From NCBI GenBank assembly GCA_001821475.1, contig MHMF01000002.1, forward strand, positions 1 through 33,004: a stretch of 33,004 bases of DNA, read 5' to 3'. A model generated the notes under the pieces. That model was not told the origin of the DNA and searched no databases. It saw only the letters and a list, made by a program, of their open reading frames with translations. The position numbers and the translations under genes were made by a program. Each line of letters starts with the position of its first letter. Positions within the stretch are counted from its first letter, which is position 1. Shown here piece by piece: positions 26,695 through 33,004 of this stretch. This DNA comes from Candidatus Nealsonbacteria bacterium RIFCSPLOWO2_01_FULL_38_120 (GTDB lineage Bacteria > Patescibacteriota > Minisyncoccia > Minisyncoccales > GWA2-38-27).

Positions 26695-27150
26695 TTACTT
26701 TATTCCTTGTTGTCGCTCTTTTTCTTTTTTCTTCTTTTCCCGCCAGAATAACCAGAATAGAAAGAGTGAAATAATTATCGCCAGCAATAATATCCACCAC
26801 AAATTTTCTATTCTGAAAAAATTAACAGATTTATCTAAATTCTCAGGCACGTCGTTATCGGTTCCTGTCAAATTTGCGTCAGCGCTCGCTCCTGCTGTTA
26901 CTTCGGACCCCAAAACAGCCCCTCCGCTCGCCGCCTGTTCTTGGACGATGCCATCATTTGTAGCCGAATCCCCTTCCGGAAAATCAAAGATAAACTCCGT
27001 TATTGGAACTCCGTTTTCATCCACTCCCCCGTCATTCACCATCATCTCTTGTATCGCGCCGTCCGGCAAAACATCAACAGCAAAAACAACGCCGGCAAAA
27101 AATAAGCCCGCTCCCAAAACTGCAACAAATAATATTAAAATCTTTTTCAT
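26695..27150 (-). CDS. Small acidic exported protein with C-terminal TM anchor and basic tail
   Basis: Signal peptide MKKILILF…VFA; LWWILLLAIIISLFLFWLFW-REKKKK. Confidence 0.75.
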   Translation of the reverse strand: MKKILILFVAVLGAGLFFAGVVFAVDVLPDGAIQEMMVNDGGVDENGVPITEFIFDFPEGDSATNDGIVQEQAASGGAVLGSEVTAGASADANLTGTDNDVPENLDKSVNFFRIENLWWILLLAIIISLFLFWLFWREKKKKEKERQQGIK

Positions 27151-27566
27151 TTTATTTTTCCGGATTCATTATAATAGGGCATCTCTTCCGACAGAATTAA
27201 AATCTGAAAATACTCCTTATTGCTTGTTCTAATGTTAGCTGTCTCACCTAACATATTTTAAAAATAATTATTAAAATTATGCGAATAATTATTCATTACA
27301 AACTTTACCGCAATTCCCGCAATGTCATTTTCATTTTTTGAAATTAAAATATCAACAATCTTTTCCATATATCTTCCATCTACCTTTCCTTCTTTAGCAT
27401 TGCCTACGCCAAGCGATTTGATTTTATATTCCCGCCCCAATCTATTTTTAATATCATTTGCTATTGAGCCACGCAGTGTTATTAATTTCTTATTACTCCG
27501 CGGATGTGTTCGCAAAAACTTAATAAATGATTCTTTAATTGTCTGCAAAAATTGATGATTATCCAT
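27147..27566 (-). pseudogene. Truncated paralog of the 24451..25137 endonuclease
   Basis: RSNKKL, IKSLG.G, NNYF*NMLGETANI: in-frame TAA where the intact paralog has Glu; frame ends at TGA 27147-27149. Confidence 0.8.
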
Positions 27567-27865
27567 ATTTTTTTAATTTTATCTTTTGATAATTTTTGCA
27601 AATTTCGTTTGGTCTTTTCTATGTATTCTTCTGATATATCTGCGGAATAGATATTTTCTTCTATAACTTTTTCTATTTTTTTACCTAATAACTTTGAAAG
27701 CTTTTCAGCGGCAATGGTGGCAAAAATTCCTTCGCCACAACCAGCGTCTAATATTTTTTCATCACCCATTATTTTTTTGCCATTTAACACTTCATCAATC
27801 ATAAAATCGGCCACCCATTCAGGGGTAAAAACGATGCCATTATGTTTTTTAATTTCTACGTTCAT
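27567..27865 (-). pseudogene. N-terminal remnant (~100 codons) of a paralog of the 25149..26609 MTase
   Basis: EIKKHNGIVFTP…LDAGCGEGIF…NLQKLSK nearly matches the intact MTase, then joins directly to the endonuclease start; NPPY and TRD are deleted. Confidence 0.85.
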
Positions 27866-27874
27866 AATGACTAT

Positions 27875-27903
27875 ATTATATCATCCCTTAAAAAACATTT
27901 CAA
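27875..27903 (-). promoter_or_regulatory. Second copy of the R-M cassette promoter
   Basis: TTGAAA-N17-TATAAT with extended TG, 9 nt before the ATG. Confidence 0.7.
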
Positions 27904-27935
27904 AAATCCGATATCTTTTCAGATATCGGATTTTT
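27902..27935 (-). terminator. Terminator-like hairpin, homologous to 26646..26678
   Basis: AAAAATCCGATATCT-TTTC-AGATATCGGATTTTT. Confidence 0.75.
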
Positions 27936-27968
27936 GATCACAAAAACTTTTTTATTTGCTTTTTCATT

Positions 27969-28763
27969 TTACTGCTGAATTTTTTCTTTGCGAAATTTTT
28001 TGACAAAATAAATAACCACTGACGCAAAAATAATTAATATTATCGCCACTGATATAACCAACAGCCACGCTTTGCCTGTCCCGAAAGACAAAATATTCGC
28101 TACCGATGCCAATAGACCTGTTGAGTCGGTTCCTGTTTCAAAAACAACTGGAACGACAAGGTTAGATGTTTGCTCCTCTTCCGGCTGCGGAATCACTTGT
28201 TCCCCTGGATTTTCTTGTGTTGTTTGCGGCTGACTTTCCGCGACAGGTAGCTGGCTTTGCGGAGGAGTAACAAGGGTAGGAATAACAAGGGTAGGAGCAA
28301 CAGGAGCGGTAATCGTGTAATTCCCGCCTGTGGAAATGTTAGAAATGGAAACCCCTTCGCCCACAATATCAAGATCTGAAAAAATAGCGCTCGCGCCGCC
28401 AGAATTAGCCGCTTTCACGGTGATCGTGAAAAGATTTTTAACGGCTGAATTGCAACCCTGAATGCCCAATAAAAAAGCTGGATTGGCGCAGGTCGGAGAT
28501 GTTTGAACGCTCAAACCGTCTGACACCGCAATACTCTGGCAGGACAAATTATTTAAGCTTATTTTTCCCTCAACAACGCAAACTTTTTGTCCGGCGCCAT
28601 CAACCCTCGTTGATAAATCAAAACTCTGCCCAATTTCTTTTTCTAAATTAGCTGGCGAAATAAAAACCGACGGGCTGGCGGCAACCGCAAAATTAGCGGC
28701 TGTTATAAATGAAACATATACGACTGACACTAAAATTTTTCTATTTTTAAGCATATTTCCCAT
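27969..28763 (-). CDS. Membrane-anchored cohesin-like domain protein
   Basis: Signal peptide; SVFISP…IGQSFDL…V…LFTITVKA..SG.A…F cohesin-like beta pattern; P/T/Q-rich linker; C-terminal TM plus basic tail. Confidence 0.6.
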   Translation of the reverse strand: MGNMLKNRKILVSVVYVSFITAANFAVAASPSVFISPANLEKEIGQSFDLSTRVDGAGQKVCVVEGKISLNNLSCQSIAVSDGLSVQTSPTCANPAFLLGIQGCNSAVKNLFTITVKAANSGGASAIFSDLDIVGEGVSISNISTGGNYTITAPVAPTLVIPTLVTPPQSQLPVAESQPQTTQENPGEQVIPQPEEEQTSNLVVPVVFETGTDSTGLLASVANILSFGTGKAWLLVISVAIILIIFASVVIYFVKKFRKEKIQQ

Positions 28764-28792
28764 ACTATTTTCTTACTTGAATTATTAAATTT

Positions 28793-29866
28793 TTACAACG
28801 ACCAATACAACATCAATAAAGCGAAATCGTATTTATCAACTTTTCCATCGCCGTTAAAATCGCAGACATTGGTTCCTGTTTTACCCCAATTAGACATCAA
28901 CAAAGAAAAATCGTATTTATCAATTTTGCTGTCTTTATTGGTGTCAACTTTTTGCGCGGTGGCGCTCAATGTCGTTGAGGGCGTTGAACCTGAAACAGCG
29001 GCTGAACCTGAACCAGAACTTGGTGGTGGATTTATCCCGTCTCCGCTAATGCTACTTCCCCCTGACGACGGAACTGACGCCATAAACCCAAATATCGCAT
29101 ACGGAGTATTTGCGGACGCAATTGAGAATGTTAATGTATTCGCGGTTGTGTCTTTCGTGAAAGGAGTAACTACTTCCCATGCCGATCCGTTATATTTATA
29201 TGGCTTCACAGCGCTCTCATCAATTCCAGTATCGTCATATTTCATGGTCGCGGTGATTGATAACCCTGTTCCATTAATTTTAATTTCATACGCATTCAAT
29301 ACTTTTCCGCCAGCAATCACCGCAGCCGCGCCCGTAAAAAAACTTGAATCCAGTTTATGCACATCGGCTATTGTCGCCATCGTAATCGCGCCAACAGATA
29401 CATTTACGGTTAATAAATCACCCATATTTATAAGCATCGGTGATGTCGGCGTGATTATCGCTTCCTGCTGAGTGATTGCCTCGCCTTCGGACTTCGTAAT
29501 CACGCCAACAGATCCAGGAACTATTAAATTAAGTTGCGTAGAGTTGCCGTTCGCAAAAATCGCTGTTTCGTTTGCCTTAATGCCGGAAACATAAAATTCA
29601 ATTGTTTTTCCGGCATTTGTGTTTTGACTATCGGTCACGAAAAGCAAATTTGGATTATAACCATAGCTTCCACCCGCTGTTACTGAACCGCCAACTACGA
29701 CACCGTTAATCTTTGCCTGAATCGACAATCCATTAGGAATCGCGCCGCTCGCAAATTGCGCTGCGCCAAAAAACTGGTGCGGAATACCGGGACTTTGAGC
29801 AAAAACAATAACAGGGAGACATAAAGACGCCGCCATAGTTATTATTTTAAGTAACATTGTTTTCAT
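28793..29866 (-). CDS. Secreted protein with C-terminal dockerin-type domain
   Basis: Signal peptide; duplicated DTNKDSKIDKYDFSLL / DFNGDGKVDKYDFALL calcium loops after an S/G/P linker. Confidence 0.8.
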   Translation of the reverse strand: MKTMLLKIITMAASLCLPVIVFAQSPGIPHQFFGAAQFASGAIPNGLSIQAKINGVVVGGSVTAGGSYGYNPNLLFVTDSQNTNAGKTIEFYVSGIKANETAIFANGNSTQLNLIVPGSVGVITKSEGEAITQQEAIITPTSPMLINMGDLLTVNVSVGAITMATIADVHKLDSSFFTGAAAVIAGGKVLNAYEIKINGTGLSITATMKYDDTGIDESAVKPYKYNGSAWEVVTPFTKDTTANTLTFSIASANTPYAIFGFMASVPSSGGSSISGDGINPPPSSGSGSAAVSGSTPSTTLSATAQKVDTNKDSKIDKYDFSLLMSNWGKTGTNVCDFNGDGKVDKYDFALLMLYWSL

Positions 29867-29892
29867 ATCAATTTACCAATATATTATTCCTT

Positions 29893-32800
29893 TTAATTGC
29901 TCGGAGTGTAAATTTTATCGCTCGTAAGTGAAATCCAAAAAGCATCGCCAGGATTGATTGCTGTCACAGAATTAAAAATACCTGTCGTGTTATTGAATCC
30001 CCAAAGACCGCTCCATGATTGCAAGCTCGCAAACGCTTTCGCGGGTGTGCTGTTGGACTCGCCTGGAAGCTGATAATAACCGACAAGATTCCAACCTGCT
30101 TCAAGCGAACGAGATGGCGGCAATGTGTGACCGGCGATAAGAAGTGTTCCCGAACCAGAAAGATTTGCGTTGCCAGTCACGCTAATCCAATAGCCAAGTC
30201 CGGCGGTCATCATATCAAGATTGCTTGTATTCGGGGCGCCCGTGTATACCAACCAACCATTAATCGCATTCGGAGCAGTCGGGTCATAAGTCCATACCGC
30301 GTCAATGTTATTAGCCGCGCCGCCGAGCACCTCATCAATAGCCGTACTAGTTGGAATAACTGGCAGAGAAATCAAATTCCAGCCGCCTGAATTAGTATTC
30401 AAAGCGATAGAATAAGTAGTCGCGGTAGTGAATTTAATATTGCCGTATTCCGGTAAAACATTGCCAGCAAGATCGGCAACGCCCGAAAGTGTTATAGTAT
30501 ATGTCGTATTATTAGAAAGCGAACTATTGGGCGTAATTGTCGCCACGGTTGTTCCTGAGTTGGTTATAGCAAATCCGCTGGAAATCGTCGGGCTAAATAA
30601 AACATCGCCGCTTTCTACATTAACTGCTTCGCTAAAAGTGACCACGATTTGCGTAGTCGGGCTGATATTTAACGCATTAAGCGAAGGCGTATGAGAAGAA
30701 ACCGACGGAACAGCGGTATCAATCGTCCACGAATAAGAAATCGCGTTCGCCTCTAATTGTAAATTTCCGGCCACATCGCGACCAATGACGGAAATCGTAT
30801 GCGCTCCCCCAGACAAACCAGACAAGACAATGTGCGTAGCCACAGCTGTCTCCGAATTATACAAACCTGTGTCAATTTTGTATTGATAATGCGTCACATC
30901 CGTTCCGCCAACAGTAATGTCGGTTGTCGTTTGATTAGTCAAGCTATTTGGCGTATTAGTTAAAGTCGCTGTCGGAGCTTGAGTATCAACGGTCCAAGTC
31001 AAAGTTGCCGTTCCGGGTTCCGCTTGCCAATTTCCAGCGACATCGCGACCGATGACAAATAAAGTGTGCTGACTTTCCCCTAATCCGCTAAGTATTATAT
31101 GGGTTGCAATCGGAATTTCTATCCCGTAAGATCCGCCATCAAGTTTGTACTGGTAATGTGTTACATCCGTACCGCCAACTGTGATATCTACTGAATTTGA
31201 ATTCGTGGGAGAAACAGGCTGACCGGAAATTGCAGCGGTCGGGGCAACTGTGTCAGTATAGGCCGCTTTTGTCGCTTCGTTGGTGGGATCAACACTGGTA
31301 GCAGGGTTGCCAGCCACATCAGCGCCTGTGATGGAAATATTTTCCAAAATACCGCCAACTGCCGCGGTATCAAAAGCAATAAGACGAGCGTAACGGTAAT
31401 CATTGCCGCTTATAAAAACAGTAGCGCTATCAGTTACATCGTTAGCCGTCCCTTCGGCGTCAATAAAAATTGTCGGCGTGGAATTCAACGGTTCGCTTGA
31501 AGTAATTTTTATATAATAAGTTCCTTGCTTTAATCTTTTATTATCTGCCAGTGAAGCGGTCAACCCCTCATCGGAATAATACTGCATCGTAAAACTGGGA
31601 ACAGTGGCGTCTTGAGTGTAAGAAATTGCATTTGATTCCACGCTGAAATTTCCTACCGCGTCGCTAGCTTTAACGGTTGCAACTTTTGCGCTGGAATAAT
31701 CTGTATCAGAAACAATCCCAGCGCCAAAAGCTCGCAAATCCTCATTAGTAAAAATGAATGTCCCGTTTGTTGCCACTTTAGTTACGGTAGACGCTAAATT
31801 ATTAACATAAATTTCTACGATTGATCCTGCTTCTGCCGCGCCTGATAATGTTTGGGTGGATTTATTGGCGACATTTATAACGACTGGGCTTGAAGCTGGT
31901 ATTGTAATAATTGGGGCGTTTGGCGGAGTAGCATCTTTTGTCGCGGTATCAATTCCCGTAGAGCCAGTATTTCCAGCCACATCGGTTAAAGTAACAGAAA
32001 CAGTCAATAAGCCATCTGCAAATCCAGACACATCAATTCCAGATACAGTTAAATCCCCGCCAGTTAGCGCTCCAGAGCCAGCAATCGGTGATCCTGGGGT
32101 TGCATCGTCAATAGAATAGTTGTAAGTAGTTCCCGCTTCGCCGGTAATATGAAGAGTTGCTGCTGTTTTATTCGCATTATTTATAGGGTCAAGAAGGGTA
32201 ACTGTTGTTGGCGCGCTTGGTGTATCAGCGTCAATAGTTTTTTGAATATCTATTCCACTTCCAGCCGCGCTCGGATTTCCCACTGCATCAGTAATAACTA
32301 CGCCAGAAATTTGCAAAGGAGAAGTCTGGTGGGCATTGCCTTCAGCAATAGTGTAGGTTGCGGTATATGTCCCTCCTCCATTTGCTGTATTCCAAAAAAG
32401 AACAACGCCGTTGTAAGAACCAACAACTGAAGCGCCAACTTCAGCGGAACCGGGAGTCAAAGTGAAAATAATAGAATTTCCTACTTTCAACCAACCCACT
32501 CCAGTAGCATTGGAAGTGATTGATATAATGGTGGGCAACGCAGTATCTTGCGCAGCTGTTGGATCTGTGTCAGCGCCGCTTACATTTCCTGCCGCGTCAG
32601 TGGCAATTACGGAAGGAGTAATAGTGCCATCAGTAAGAGTTGTGCCATCTATTGTAATTGAGTAAGCGCCGCCAGTGGCTACGCCAGAATTACTGACAGT
32701 ATGAATAGCATCGCTTAAAGATACATTAATTATACTGCCAGATTCGGCTGTGCCCACAACTACAATTGCCGCTTTTTCCGCGATGTTAATTTTCTCATCG

Positions 32801-33004
32801 ACGGCAATATGGGCAATCACAGGAGCAGTTGGCGCAACCACATCTTTTTCTGCGATATCAGTTCCGTTAACAGCCGGATTGCCAGTGGTATCAGAGACAG
32901 AACAAGTTGCGGTAATATTTCCATCAGCCAAACCATTAAGCGCGCCAGAAGCGATAATCACCGCATTATCAGTAATCGCTCCAGTAACAGGTCCGACATT
33001 GCCG
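29893..33004 (-). CDS. Large surface protein with tandem bacterial Ig-like domains (5' end beyond the window)
   Basis: Repeated D.AGN and DT..P motifs; SbsA/Big_5-like domain; C-terminal GWNLISLP…GWNLVG module; frame stays open upstream of 32961 to the window end. Confidence 0.85.
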   Translation of the reverse strand, partial: GNVGPVTGAITDNAVIIASGALNGLADGNITATCSVSDTTGNPAVNGTDIAEKDVVAPTAPVIAHIAVDEKINIAEKAAIVVVGTAESGSIINVSLSDAIHTVSNSGVATGGAYSITIDGTTLTDGTITPSVIATDAAGNVSGADTDPTAAQDTALPTIISITSNATGVGWLKVGNSIIFTLTPGSAEVGASVVGSYNGVVLFWNTANGGGTYTATYTIAEGNAHQTSPLQISGVVITDAVGNPSAAGSGIDIQKTIDADTPSAPTTVTLLDPINNANKTAATLHITGEAGTTYNYSIDDATPGSPIAGSGALTGGDLTVSGIDVSGFADGLLTVSVTLTDVAGNTGSTGIDTATKDATPPNAPIITIPASSPVVINVANKSTQTLSGAAEAGSIVEIYVNNLASTVTKVATNGTFIFTNEDLRAFGAGIVSDTDYSSAKVATVKASDAVGNFSVESNAISYTQDATVPSFTMQYYSDEGLTASLADNKRLKQGTYYIKITSSEPLNSTPTIFIDAEGTANDVTDSATVFISGNDYRYARLIAFDTAAVGGILENISITGADVAGNPATSVDPTNEATKAAYTDTVAPTAAISGQPVSPTNSNSVDITVGGTDVTHYQYKLDGGSYGIEIPIATHIILSGLGESQHTLFVIGRDVAGNWQAEPGTATLTWTVDTQAPTATLTNTPNSLTNQTTTDITVGGTDVTHYQYKIDTGLYNSETAVATHIVLSGLSGGAHTISVIGRDVAGNLQLEANAISYSWTIDTAVPSVSSHTPSLNALNISPTTQIVVTFSEAVNVESGDVLFSPTISSGFAITNSGTTVATITPNSSLSNNTTYTITLSGVADLAGNVLPEYGNIKFTTATTYSIALNTNSGGWNLISLPVIPTSTAIDEVLGGAANNIDAVWTYDPTAPNAINGWLVYTGAPNTSNLDMMTAGLGYWISVTGNANLSGSGTLLIAGHTLPPSRSLEAGWNLVGYYQLPGESNSTPAKAFASLQSWSGLWGFNNTTGIFNSVTAINPGDAFWISLTSDKIYTPSN

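Noticed and set aside
26646..27937. R-M head hairpins as integron attC sites
   Set aside because: No RYYYAAC/GTTRRRY ends and no integron integrase in the window
28869..32665. Plus-strand ORFs opposite the surface-protein genes, and similar short ORFs opposite other long genes
   Set aside because: Antisense or out-of-frame shadows without motifs

Overview
AT-rich bacterial DNA, most likely from a Patescibacteria/CPR (Parcubacteria-like) genome. This is inferred from the K-rich RpoD N-terminus, CPR-type small hypothetical and membrane proteins, near-leaderless promoters and the recombinase style. The left ~15 kb is an integrative element ending in a large serine recombinase whose ORF runs into the 3' end of tRNA-Asn(GTT); its left boundary is not visible. 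Its core resembles a phage satellite: small protein, SpoVG, HTH initiator with iterons, orphan small-terminase-like gene, two promoter-linked structured RNAs with alternative folds, and no capsid or large terminase genes in the window. Its cargo is defence-related: an apparently split Avs-like nuclease-STAND pair transcribed divergently from a LexA-Dam methyltransferase fusion, a second MTase and a convergent endonuclease with two catalytic motifs. The right part holds rpoD, dnaG, an R-M pair whose endonuclease is broken by a 5-bp duplication, a glgA-GH57(UVR)-kinase operon, an intact type II R-M cassette plus a decayed paralogous cassette behind the same hairpin/promoter, and a surface-protein cluster (Ig-repeat protein, dockerin protein, membrane-anchored cohesin-like protein). 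All protein calls come from motif recognition by eye, not database searches.
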